DNA of 40,785 bases from Paracoccaceae bacterium (GTDB lineage: Bacteria; Pseudomonadota; Alphaproteobacteria; Rhodobacterales; Rhodobacteraceae), in the NCBI GenBank assembly GCA_031385345.1, contig JANNBI010000524.1, positions 1-40,785 of the forward strand, read 5' to 3'. A model generated the notes under the pieces. The model made no database searches and was not told the origin of the DNA. It saw only the letters and a program-made list of their open reading frames with translations. Below are positions 32,684 to 40,785 of the stretch, in pieces (the stretch's first letter is position 1; every line of letters starts with the position of its first letter). The position numbers and the translations under genes are program-made.

Positions 32684-34774
32684 TCAGTTGGTCTGCTCCG
32701 CCTCGCGCGCCCAAAGCCGCAGGTTTTTGCAGCCCGAGACAAAGCCCTGCACCGCCTCGTCATCCGTCAAGGCGCAAAACCCGTCGTCCTTGGCGGTGCT
32801 TAGACCGCTGGCCACGATCAGCGCGCTCGCCTCTTTCGACCAGCCGATGTATTTGCAATGCTGATAGGCGTCGGTCACGAAGGTCACAGCGGCGGGTGTC
32901 GTGGCCAGACTTTCCGTGCCGGGCAGGATCGCCACCGCATCGAACAGGACCGAAGGCGCGCTGCCGATCTTTTCCTGAACCTCATGCCGGTTGTCATTGC
33001 TGCAATAGACGCCGCCGATACGCGGCGCGATGATCTTGATCACGCCGCCGGCAAGGGCGACCGATGCCTCCAGCGCCGCCAGAAGCGATCCGTCAAACCC
33101 GTCGCTTAACATCACCCCCATCAACCGTCCCTTGAAGGAATCCGGTGGGTTGGACTGAATGCTAAGGGCCGCTGAGGGGGCCAGATCCATCCGGGTCGGG
33201 CGGGCCGCCGGGGCTGGGTCTGGCATGTCGGCCAGACCCAGCTTGTCGGCGACCAGCGCGGCCAGATCTTCGTCAATGTTCAAAAGATGCGCGACGATCC
33301 GGGCGCGAATGCCGACTTCGGCACATTTTGACAGTTCGAACACCAAAGCGTCGGCAATATGTCCCTGCTCGCTGTCGGTCTGGCTGATGTAGAACTGCCG
33401 CGCCTGACTGTAATGGTCGGCAAAGCTGTCCGGGCGCAGCCGGGCCTTGTCGCCCGTCACCGGCGCGCGGTAGCTGACATAGCCTTCCAGCGGATGCGCG
33501 CGCGGCCCGGTCCCCCAGCCGTTGGGTTCGTAATTGACGCGCCCTTTGCGATGCGCGGTCTGCATATGGCCGTCTTGCTGGTAATTGCTGACCGGGCAGC
33601 CCTTGGGCGCGTTCACCGGGATCTTGGTGAAATTCGGCCCGCCCAGCCGTTTCAACTGCGTGTCCAGATAGGAAAAATTGCGGCCTTGCAGCAGGGGATC
33701 ATCGGTAAAGTCGATACCTGGGATCACATTGGCGGTGCAAAAGGCGACCTGTTCGGTTTCGGCAAAGAAATTCTCGACCGCGCGGTCAAGCCGCATCGCG
33801 CCGATGATCTGCATCGGACAGTCCTCTTCGGGGATCAGCTTGGTCGGGTCCAGCACGTCAAAGGCAAAGCTGTCGGCAAAGGCCTGATCAAACAGCTGCA
33901 CGCCCAGTTCCCATTCCGGAAAATCCCCCCGGTCGATGGCATCCCACAGATCGCGGCGGTGCCGGTCGGGGTCTGCCCCGTTGCTTTTGACGGCCTCGTC
34001 CCAAAGGACGGATTGCAGGCCCATTTTGGGCTTCCAGTGAAATTTGACGAAGGTGGAGGCACCTTCGGTGGTGACGAAGCGGAAAGTATGAACGCCGAAC
34101 CCCTCCATCGTGGAGAAAGAGCGCGGGATCGCGCGGTCCGACATCGCCCACATGATTGTGTGCATCGCTTCGGGGGTAAGCGAGATGAAGTCCCAAAAGT
34201 TGTCATGCGCCGCGGCCGCTTGCGGAAAATCGCGGTCGGGTTCGGGTTTCACGGCATGGACCAGATCGGGAAATTTGATCGCGTCCTGAATGAAAAACAC
34301 CGGTGCGTTATTGCCCACCAGATCCCAGTTTCCGGCATCGGTATAGAATTTGACCGCAAACCCCCGGATGTCGCGCGCCAGATCGGCAGAGCCTTTGCTG
34401 CCCACAACGGTGGAAAACCGCACAAAAACTTCGGTCTGTTTGCCAACTTCGGTAAAGGGGGCGGCTTGGGTCACCTCGGTCATCGCGCGGGTGCAGGTAA
34501 AGGTGCCATGCGCGCCGTAGCCACGGGCGTGAACCACCCGTTCGGGGATGCGTTCATGGTCGAAGTGAAAGATTTTCTCGCGCAGGGCAAAATCTTCCAG
34601 CAGCGTCGGGCCGGGGCTGCCGACGCTCAGGGAATTCTGGTTGTCCGCGATCACCACGCCCTGCGCGGTGGTCAGTCGGTCGCCGGTCATGTCGGCATGT
34701 TGGTGAATTTCACCTCCGGCCCAAGTGGCCGAGATCAGGTCGTTCAGGTCGGGGGATTGGGCGGGCGTTGTCAT
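32684..34774 (-). CDS. katE: Large-subunit catalase HPII
   Basis: 696 aa. Catalase core motif [15 protein letters not shown] and a long C-terminal extension typical of HPII. Confidence 0.95.
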   Translation of the reverse strand: MTTPAQSPDLNDLISATWAGGEIHQHADMTGDRLTTAQGVVIADNQNSLSVGSPGPTLLEDFALREKIFHFDHERIPERVVHARGYGAHGTFTCTRAMTEVTQAAPFTEVGKQTEVFVRFSTVVGSKGSADLARDIRGFAVKFYTDAGNWDLVGNNAPVFFIQDAIKFPDLVHAVKPEPDRDFPQAAAAHDNFWDFISLTPEAMHTIMWAMSDRAIPRSFSTMEGFGVHTFRFVTTEGASTFVKFHWKPKMGLQSVLWDEAVKSNGADPDRHRRDLWDAIDRGDFPEWELGVQLFDQAFADSFAFDVLDPTKLIPEEDCPMQIIGAMRLDRAVENFFAETEQVAFCTANVIPGIDFTDDPLLQGRNFSYLDTQLKRLGGPNFTKIPVNAPKGCPVSNYQQDGHMQTAHRKGRVNYEPNGWGTGPRAHPLEGYVSYRAPVTGDKARLRPDSFADHYSQARQFYISQTDSEQGHIADALVFELSKCAEVGIRARIVAHLLNIDEDLAALVADKLGLADMPDPAPAARPTRMDLAPSAALSIQSNPPDSFKGRLMGVMLSDGFDGSLLAALEASVALAGGVIKIIAPRIGGVYCSNDNRHEVQEKIGSAPSVLFDAVAILPGTESLATTPAAVTFVTDAYQHCKYIGWSKEASALIVASGLSTAKDDGFCALTDDEAVQGFVSGCKNLRLWAREAEQTN

Positions 34775-34875
34775 GGGCGAACCTTACCGGTGCGGGCCGA
34801 CGCGGGCGGGCAAATCCCGGTGCGCGCGGCTGGTGAATGTCATCGTCGGGGGATCTGCTCGCGGGCATAGACCAC

Positions 34876-34901
34876 GCCGGCTGCCGATATGTGCAGCCGG
34901 C
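34876..34901 (-). terminator. Hairpin after the DUF892 gene
   Basis: GCCGGCTGC-N8-GCAGCCGGC. There is no U-tract. Confidence 0.4.
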
Positions 34902-34918
34902 GTGTACTGCCATTGGCG

Positions 34919-35404
34919 TCAGGACGCTTTCTTGGTCAGATTGACCGCGCCGACTGCGACGCCGGTCAGTTTGGAATTTGCAGCCTTTTCCATATCCAGG
35001 ATCTGGCTGAGAAGATCATGCGCTTCGGTATGGCCCAGAACCTTGGCCCATTCGCGCAGGGCGCCGTAGCGGGCAATCTCGTAATGCTCCACCGCTTGGG
35101 CGCAGGCGATCAGGCAGGCATCCAGGGCCACGCCGCTGGCCTCTTTGATGATGCCATCGGTTTCCTTGATCAGCCCGTCAATCGCATCACATTTGACGCC
35201 GCTGGCCTTTTGCCCGATCGAGGCGAAAACCTTGTCGAGGATCAGGATCTGCTGCTTTGTCTCGGACAGATGGGCCTGAACCAGCGCCTTGAACTCGGGA
35301 TTGCCAGCAGCTTTGGCGACATTCGGCAGGGCCTTGGTCAGGGCGGTTTCGGCATAATAGATGTCTTGCAGGGTATGGTGGAACGCGTCAGCGAGGGTTT
35401 TCAT
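34919..35404 (-). CDS. Ferritin-like DUF892 protein (YciE/YciF family)
   Basis: 161 aa. Motifs: LQDIYYAE and QAVEHYEIARYG. Confidence 0.85.
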   Translation of the reverse strand: MKTLADAFHHTLQDIYYAETALTKALPNVAKAAGNPEFKALVQAHLSETKQQILILDKVFASIGQKASGVKCDAIDGLIKETDGIIKEASGVALDACLIACAQAVEHYEIARYGALREWAKVLGHTEAHDLLSQILDMEKAANSKLTGVAVGAVNLTKKAS

Positions 35405-35470
35405 GGGTCAGTCCTTTGGGTTGTGGAAAGGGTGAGGGCTTTTGCCTGCCGCGTCGCCCCCGGGGTCGCC

Positions 35471-35620
35471 TCAGCGGGATTTCTTGCCGCTGTCTTTTTT
35501 GCGGTCCGCATCGCCGGTCTTGGCCGCGCCGGATTTGACCGGATCCTTGGTCGCGTCGGATTTGCGTTGCGCGTCCGCCGCAGCGGGACTTGCGGACTTT
35601 TTCGGTGGGGGCTTGGCCAT
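35471..35620 (-). CDS. Small Lys-rich hydrophilic protein, 49 aa
   Basis: Internal ATG 35620 of track ORF 35471..35806: MAKPPPKKSASPAAADAQRKSDATKDPVKSGAAKTGDADRKKDSGKKSR. SD AAGGA lies about 8 nt upstream, and an EcfG-like promoter lies upstream of that. Confidence 0.5.
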   Translation of the reverse strand: MAKPPPKKSASPAAADAQRKSDATKDPVKSGAAKTGDADRKKDSGKKSR

Positions 35621-35663
35621 GGCTTTGTCCTTCGAGCAATCGGCGCGGAATGCGCACCGGGAT

Positions 35664-35688
35664 AACTGACCGCTTGCGCAGCCGTTCC
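35664..35688 (-). promoter_or_regulatory. EcfG-like promoter GGAAC-N17-GTT
   Basis: Minus strand: GGAAC (35688-35684), 17-nt spacer, GTT (35666-35664). It lies about 45 nt upstream of ATG 35620. Confidence 0.45.
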
Positions 35689-35868
35689 CGGTCGATGGAC
35701 AGGATCGGTGGAAGTTCGCCGGTCGGCGTGAAGCCGGGCCATTCTGGCGGCAAATCGGAAACGGCGCGGAAGGGTCGGTTGGGCAAGGGGCATTCGGCCC
35801 CGGCAAAGGCCCCTTAGCTTTGGACGGGTTAGATGTGCAATTCCGGCCCGGGGCGCGGACTTGTCGGG

Positions 35869-37302
35869 TTACAGCGCCGGACGGGTGGACGAAGCGCCAT
35901 ACCAGCCGCCCAAGGCGGTTTCATAGGCCAGACCGGCGCGGAACACATCGGCGTCGCAATAGCTGCGTCCGACCAGTTGCACCCCGGTCGGCACGCCGTT
36001 GGTAGCCTTGCCCGAGGGCAGGGCCAGCACCGGCAGGCGCGACAGCATGTTGAAGGGCACGGTCATCGCCCAGCCCAGAAACGGATCCACCACTTGATCA
36101 TTGATGCGGATCTCGTCGCGGGTGCTGTCAAAGGCGGCCAAGGGCGCGGGCAGGGCAAGGGTGGGGCAGATCAGAAGGTTGTGGCGCGACAGGATCGCCC
36201 CGACCGGCGCATAGGATTGCGCGATCACGCCAAGCGCCCGCACATAATCGGTGGAGGTGGATTTCAACCCCAACTCGGCCAGATGGCGGACATAGGGGGT
36301 CATCTTGTCGCCATGCTCGGCCAGCAGATCCCCGACAAAGGCGCCGAAGATATGGGACAGGTAATCCATGCAGGCGCGCAGAACCTCGGGCCCCCAAGGG
36401 ATGTGAACCTCGGTCACCTCGGCGCCAAGATCGCGGAACACTTGCAGGGCGGACAGGGTGTTACGCGTCACCTCGGGATCGACCTGATACAGGCCAAGGT
36501 CCAGAGAGTAGGCGATTTTCCAGCCCTTGATCGGCTTGTAATCCATCGGCAACCGCAGTTTCGGGCGCAGGGTGGAGATGTCCTGATCAGAGGGACCGCA
36601 GATCACGTTCTGCAACAGGATGGTGTCGCGCACAGTCCGGGCCATCGGGCCGGTGTGGCAGAAAAAGTCGAGGTTGAACGGTGGATCATCCGAGTTGCGC
36701 CCGTAAGGCGGCTTGAACCCCACCACCCCGCAGGCCGAAGCCGGGATGCGGATAGACCCACCGATGTCAGACCCGGTCGCAAGCGGCGCCAGACCACTGG
36801 CCAGCGCCGCCCCGGCCCCCCCCGACGATCCGCCGGTGGTGAAATCGGGGTTCCATGGGTTGCGTGTCACCCCCCACAACCGCGACCAGCAAATCCCGGC
36901 GGCGGAAAATTCGGGCGTGGCGGTACGCGCATGAACAATGCCGCCCGCCGCCATGATCCGCGTGTTGTTGACCGAGGTTTCGGTGGCGATGTTATCCGTC
37001 GCAAGGATCAGCGAGCCGGACGACGTCGGCTTGCCCTTGATGTTGTTTTCATCCTTGATCGCGATTGGCAGACCTTCGAGTGCGCGGGTGCGTCTGCCTT
37101 TGGCATATTTCGCCTCGGCCTTGCGGGCCAGGGTCATGGCCTCGTCAAAGAAGGTATAGGTCAGGGCGTTGATCGGGTCTTTGACCGCTTCGGCGCGGGT
37201 GATCACCGCCTCCATCAATTCCACCGGGGACAGGCTGCGGTCGCGGAACCGCTGCAAGGCTTCGGTTGCGGGCAGGTAGCACAGGTCAAGATCGGCGGTC
37301 AT
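35869..37302 (-). CDS. Amidase (amidase-signature family)
   Basis: Track ORF 35869..37491 overlaps putR. ATG 37302 (MTADLDLCYLP...) has GGAG upstream. Motifs: AIKDEN and TTGGSSGGAGAALASG. Confidence 0.9.
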   Translation of the reverse strand: MTADLDLCYLPATEALQRFRDRSLSPVELMEAVITRAEAVKDPINALTYTFFDEAMTLARKAEAKYAKGRRTRALEGLPIAIKDENNIKGKPTSSGSLILATDNIATETSVNNTRIMAAGGIVHARTATPEFSAAGICWSRLWGVTRNPWNPDFTTGGSSGGAGAALASGLAPLATGSDIGGSIRIPASACGVVGFKPPYGRNSDDPPFNLDFFCHTGPMARTVRDTILLQNVICGPSDQDISTLRPKLRLPMDYKPIKGWKIAYSLDLGLYQVDPEVTRNTLSALQVFRDLGAEVTEVHIPWGPEVLRACMDYLSHIFGAFVGDLLAEHGDKMTPYVRHLAELGLKSTSTDYVRALGVIAQSYAPVGAILSRHNLLICPTLALPAPLAAFDSTRDEIRINDQVVDPFLGWAMTVPFNMLSRLPVLALPSGKATNGVPTGVQLVGRSYCDADVFRAGLAYETALGGWYGASSTRPAL

Positions 37303-37334
37303 GGGGCGCTCCGTGGGTGAAGGGGGGTAAGGGA

Positions 37335-37787
37335 TCAGCCGTCGCGAACCGCCTCCATCGCGACATAGGTCGAAGTGGCGGTGACATGGGGCAGGGCGGA
37401 CAGCCGTTCGGCCAGCACGCGACGATAGGATTGGATATCGGCGGTGCGCACCTTCAGCAGATAATCGAAGCGGCTGGCGATCATATGACACTCTTCAATC
37501 TCGGGGATGCGCAACACCTCGCGGTTGAAGGCTTGCAAGGCGGCTTCGCGGGTGTCCGACAGCTTGACCTCGACAAAGGCGACATGGGCCTGACCCATGC
37601 GGATCGGGTCAAGAATGGCGCGGTAGCCGGTGATCACGCCCGTCTCTTCCAGCCGTTTGATGCGGGCTTGGGTCGGGGATTTGGACAGGCCGATTTGCCG
37701 CGCCACCTCGGCCGCCGACAACCGCCCCTCGACGGACAACAGCCGCAGGATGGCATGGTCGAAGCGGTCCAGTCCGGCGATGTCCAT
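37335..37787 (-). CDS. putR: Lrp/AsnC-family regulator, PutR-like
   Basis: ATG 37787 gives MDIAGLDRFDHAILRLLSVEGRLSAAEVARQIGLSKSPTQARIKRLEETGVI, followed by an AsnC-type ligand domain. It is divergent from putA. Confidence 0.85.
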   Translation of the reverse strand: MDIAGLDRFDHAILRLLSVEGRLSAAEVARQIGLSKSPTQARIKRLEETGVITGYRAILDPIRMGQAHVAFVEVKLSDTREAALQAFNREVLRIPEIEECHMIASRFDYLLKVRTADIQSYRRVLAERLSALPHVTATSTYVAMEAVRDG

Positions 37788-37903
37788 TTGGCCTGCCTTC
37801 GGGATGAAATGCGGGCGGATCGCCCGGCGATGCGGTGATGATAGGGCGAACGGCCTGCGAAATCCACGGTAAGATGGACAAAACCGCAAAGGAGTTTCCC
37901 CCG

Positions 37904-40785
37904 ATGATCCGCAGCATGTCGCAGGCCCTTGACCAGATCCGCCACGCCAGTTTGGCCGACGAGGCGGTCTTGCTGCAAGAGTTGATTGCGCAGGCCGGAC
38001 TGGACAGCGCGGCGCGGGCGCGCATCGTGGCGGCGGGGGCCGATCTGGTGGCGCGCATCCGCGCCAGCGTCAAACCCGGCCTGATGGAGGTGTTTCTGGC
38101 CGAATACGGCCTGTCCACCGATGAAGGCATCGCGCTTATGTGTCTGGCCGAGGCCCTGTTGCGCGTGCCCGATGCCGACACGATGGACGCCCTGATCGAG
38201 GACAAGATCGCCCCCAGCGACTGGGGCCGCCATCTGGGCAAATCAGCCTCCAGCCTGGTCAACGCTTCGACTTGGGCGTTGATGCTGACGGGGAAGGTGC
38301 TGGACGAGCGCGAACCGGGGGTGGTGGGGCATCTGCGCGCGGCGGTCAAACGTCTGGGCGAACCGGTGATCCGCACCGCCGTGGGCCGCGCCATGAAGGA
38401 GATGGGGCGCAACTTCGTTCTGGGGGAAACCATTGATCTGGCGATGAAACGCGCGCAGGATCTGGAGGCCAAGGGCTATACCTATTCCTATGACATGCTG
38501 GGCGAGGCGGCGCGCACCGAAGCCGACGCGCGGCGTTATCATCTGTCTTATTCCAAAGCGATCACCGCCATCGCCCGCGCCGCCACCCACGGCGATATCC
38601 GCAGCAATCCGGGCATTTCGGTGAAACTCTCGGCGCTGCATCCGCGCTATGAGGTCGCCAAACGTGACCGGGTGATGGTGGAACTGGTGCCGCGCGTGCG
38701 TGCGCTGGCAGGGTTGGCGCGCGCCGCCGGTCTGGGTTTCAACATCGACGCCGAAGAGGCCGACCGTCTGGCCCTGTCGCTGGAGGTGATCGAGGCGGTT
38801 CTGGCCGACGAAAGCCTGAAAGGTTGGGACGGATTCGGGGTGGTGGTGCAGGCTTATGGCCGCCGCGCCGGGGCAGTTATCGACTGGCTGTATGGGCTGT
38901 CGGTGAAATTGGACCGCAAGATCATGGTGCGGCTGGTCAAGGGCGCCTATTGGGACGCCGAGGTGAAGCGCGCGCAAGTTCTGGGCCTGCCGTCCTTTCC
39001 CGTCTTTACCCGCAAACAAGCAACTGATGTCAGCTATATCGCCCATGCGCGCAAATTGCTGGACATGACGGACCGGATCTATTCGCAATTCGCCACCCAT
39101 AATGCCCATACCGTCGCCGCCATTCTGGACATGGGGGCCGACCGTTCCGCCTTTGAATTTCAGCGTCTACACGGCATGGGCGAGCGTCTGCACGACATCG
39201 TGCTGACGGATAACGCCACGCGCTGCCGCATCTATGCCCCGGTTGGCGCGCACCGCGATCTTCTGGCCTATCTGGTGCGCCGCTTGCTGGAAAACGGCGC
39301 AAATTCCAGCTTCGTCAATCAGATCGTCAATGCCGAGGTGCCGCCGGAACGGGTGGCCGCCTGCCCGCTGACCGCGATTGAAGGCATGGCCGCACTGGCC
39401 AATCCGGCGATCCTGACTGGCACCGGGCTGTTCGGGGGGCGCGCAAACTCCAAAGGTTGGGATCTGACCGATGCCGGCGATCTGGCGACGATTGCGGCGG
39501 CGATGGCCCCGTATCTGGAAATCCAGCCGCAGGCCGCGCCGCTGGTGGCCGGGCAGGTCGTGGGCGGTCCGCGCACTCCCGTCGTGAACCCCGCCACCGG
39601 TGCGCTGGTCGGTCATGTTCAGGCCGCATCCGCCGAGGATGTGGATATGGCCCTGCAAAGTGCGTCGCCCTGGGCAGCCCCCGCCCAGATGCGCGCCGAA
39701 ATCCTGTCCCGCGCCGCCGATCTGTACGAAGAAAACTTTGGCCAGATCTTCGCCCTTCTGGCGCGGGAGGCGGGCAAGACCCTGGCCGACGCCGTAGCCG
39801 AACTGCGCGAGGCGGTGGATTTCCTGCGCTATTACGCCGCCCAGGCTGACCAGCCCCATCCCCCGCGCGGGATCTTCGCCTGCATCAGCCCGTGGAATTT
39901 TCCGCTGGCGATCTTTTCGGGCCAGCTCGGCGCGGCTTTGGCGGCGGGCAATGCAGTGCTGGCCAAACCCGCGCCGCAAACCCCGTTGATCGCCCATCTG
40001 GCGGTCACTTTGTTGAACCGCGCCGGGGTGCCCGCCAGCGCCTTGCAACTTTTGCCGGGCGAAGGCGACGTGGGCGCGGCCCTGACCCGCGATGCCCGGA
40101 TCAAGGGGGTGGCCTTCACCGGATCAACTGCCACCGCGCGACTGATCCGCACGTCGATGACCAACCATCTGGACCCGATCGCCCCGCTGATTGCCGAAAC
40201 CGGCGGGCTGAATGTGATGATGGTTGACAGCACGGCCCTGCCCGAACAGGCGGTGCGCGACATCCTTGCCTCGGCGTTCCAGTCGGCAGGGCAACGCTGT
40301 TCGGCCCTGCGCTGCCTGTACGTGCAAGAGGATATCGCAGACACCGTGACCGAAATGCTGTTCGGTGCGATGGACGAGCTGGCGCTGGGTGATCCGGCGG
40401 ATCTGGCCACCGATGTCGGCCCGCTGATCGACCAAGCCGCCCAAGCCAGTATCAGCGCCTATATAGCGGCCGCCCGCGCTGAGGGCCGGGTGACAAAGCA
40501 GTTGGCTGCCCCCCTGACAGGTCATTTCATAGCGCCAACCGTCATCCGCGTGTCCGGCCTTGCCCAGATCCCGCATGAGGTGTTCGGCCCGGTCCTGCAC
40601 ATCGCCACCTTCAAGGCGTCCGAGATTGACGCCGTGATCGCCGCAATCAACGCTACCGGCTACGGGCTGACGTTCGGGCTGCACTCCCGCATCGACGACC
40701 GGGTGCAGCGGATCGTCGAAGGGATGCAGGTCGGCAATACCTACGTCAACCGCAACCAGATCGGCGCGGTCGTAGGCTCGCAACC
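37904..40785 (+). CDS. putA: Bifunctional proline dehydrogenase / P5C dehydrogenase PutA (3' end cut by window edge)
   Basis: Absent from the ORF track because it runs off the window. My translation from ATG 37904 (SD AAGGAG 9 nt upstream) gives MIRSMSQALDQIRHASL...EVFLAEYGLSTDEGIALMCLAEALLRVPD... The frame is still open at the window end, at ...GNTYVNRNQIGAVVGSQ. Confidence 0.9.
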   Translation, partial: MIRSMSQALDQIRHASLADEAVLLQELIAQAGLDSAARARIVAAGADLVARIRASVKPGLMEVFLAEYGLSTDEGIALMCLAEALLRVPDADTMDALIEDKIAPSDWGRHLGKSASSLVNASTWALMLTGKVLDEREPGVVGHLRAAVKRLGEPVIRTAVGRAMKEMGRNFVLGETIDLAMKRAQDLEAKGYTYSYDMLGEAARTEADARRYHLSYSKAITAIARAATHGDIRSNPGISVKLSALHPRYEVAKRDRVMVELVPRVRALAGLARAAGLGFNIDAEEADRLALSLEVIEAVLADESLKGWDGFGVVVQAYGRRAGAVIDWLYGLSVKLDRKIMVRLVKGAYWDAEVKRAQVLGLPSFPVFTRKQATDVSYIAHARKLLDMTDRIYSQFATHNAHTVAAILDMGADRSAFEFQRLHGMGERLHDIVLTDNATRCRIYAPVGAHRDLLAYLVRRLLENGANSSFVNQIVNAEVPPERVAACPLTAIEGMAALANPAILTGTGLFGGRANSKGWDLTDAGDLATIAAAMAPYLEIQPQAAPLVAGQVVGGPRTPVVNPATGALVGHVQAASAEDVDMALQSASPWAAPAQMRAEILSRAADLYEENFGQIFALLAREAGKTLADAVAELREAVDFLRYYAAQADQPHPPRGIFACISPWNFPLAIFSGQLGAALAAGNAVLAKPAPQTPLIAHLAVTLLNRAGVPASALQLLPGEGDVGAALTRDARIKGVAFTGSTATARLIRTSMTNHLDPIAPLIAETGGLNVMMVDSTALPEQAVRDILASAFQSAGQRCSALRCLYVQEDIADTVTEMLFGAMDELALGDPADLATDVGPLIDQAAQASISAYIAAARAEGRVTKQLAAPLTGHFIAPTVIRVSGLAQIPHEVFGPVLHIATFKASEIDAVIAAINATGYGLTFGLHSRIDDRVQRIVEGMQVGNTYVNRNQIGAVVGSQ

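Noticed and set aside
24876-35700. Possible tRNA-Leu-anchored genomic island
   Set aside because: No integrase, excisionase, transposase or plasmid/phage gene is present. I could not see a direct repeat of the tRNA 3' end. The content is typical core stress and signalling genes. It is kept only as a low-interest lead.
35471-35806. Full 111-aa version of the small minus-strand ORF
   Set aside because: Its N-terminal 62 codons cover the proposed promoter and are Pro/Cys/Arg-rich with no coding character. Only the ATG at 35620 has an SD and lies downstream of the promoter-like element.
37303-37491. N-terminal extension of the amidase ORF; similar 5' extensions occur in the track for guaD-adjacent, mgtE, 5-FCL, scoA, cpaC, flp and putR ORFs
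   Set aside because: The extensions overlap the upstream gene or intergenic terminators and lack an SD. Internal ATGs give canonical family N-termini with an SD.
35833-40783. Plus-strand 495-aa ORF over the amidase, and minus-strand ORFs 37609..38472, 38243..39109, 39167..40048 and 40124..40783 over putA
   Set aside because: They are antisense to genes with clear catalytic motifs. Their composition is typical of high-GC shadow ORFs.

Overview
High-GC, densely coding chromosomal segment that looks alphaproteobacterial (Rhodobacteraceae-like). I call about 41 CDS and one tRNA. I saw no transposase, integrase, IS ends, prophage genes or CRISPR array. All homology calls come from motifs read in the supplied translations or from my own translation; no database search was run.

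Modules in order:
1. Arsenic island (1-4647): arsJ (truncated by the window edge), an ArsJ-type GAPDH and an ArsR-ArsC fusion on the minus strand. A second ArsR plus an MFS permease run divergently, across a repeat-dense control region.
2. Housekeeping genes (4770-8645): an orphan ORF, guanine deaminase, mgtE and 5-formyl-THF cyclo-ligase.
3. An uncharacterised AAA+ ATPase (8775-10088) abutting a Tad/Flp pilus locus of about 12.8 kb (10155-22996). The locus order is cpaA, two TPR lipoproteins, tadC, tadB, cpaF, cpaE, an OmpA-like lipoprotein, cpaC, cpaB, one divergent Flp-like gene, three near-identical tandem Flp pilin genes each with its own terminator, and a divergent lytic transglycosylase.
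4. scoA, a small inserted ORF, scoB and tRNA-Leu(UAA).
5. A 1180-aa CheB-CheR-PAS-HWE histidine kinase with a single-domain receiver.
6. A ribbon-helix-helix (RHH) regulator plus a PHB-depolymerase-family esterase.
7. A stress cluster: GlsB/YmgE-like, YidB-like, PNPOx/GSP26-like, catalase HPII, DUF892 and a tiny Lys-rich ORF. It carries one perfect and one near-consensus EcfG-type (general stress sigma) promoter.
8. putR-amidase, divergent from putA (truncated by the window edge).

The candidates I rate highest for new biology:
- the Flp pilin family with a non-canonical G/XXXXDW processing motif, its triplication, and the terminator-segmented tad locus;
- the uncharacterised AAA+ ATPase at the tad boundary;
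- the orphan CheB-CheR-HWE kinase and receiver next to an EcfG-promoter stress island;
- the repeat-dense dual-ArsR control region;
- a 70-codon ORF wedged between scoA and scoB.

Nothing here can be declared a novel system from sequence alone.
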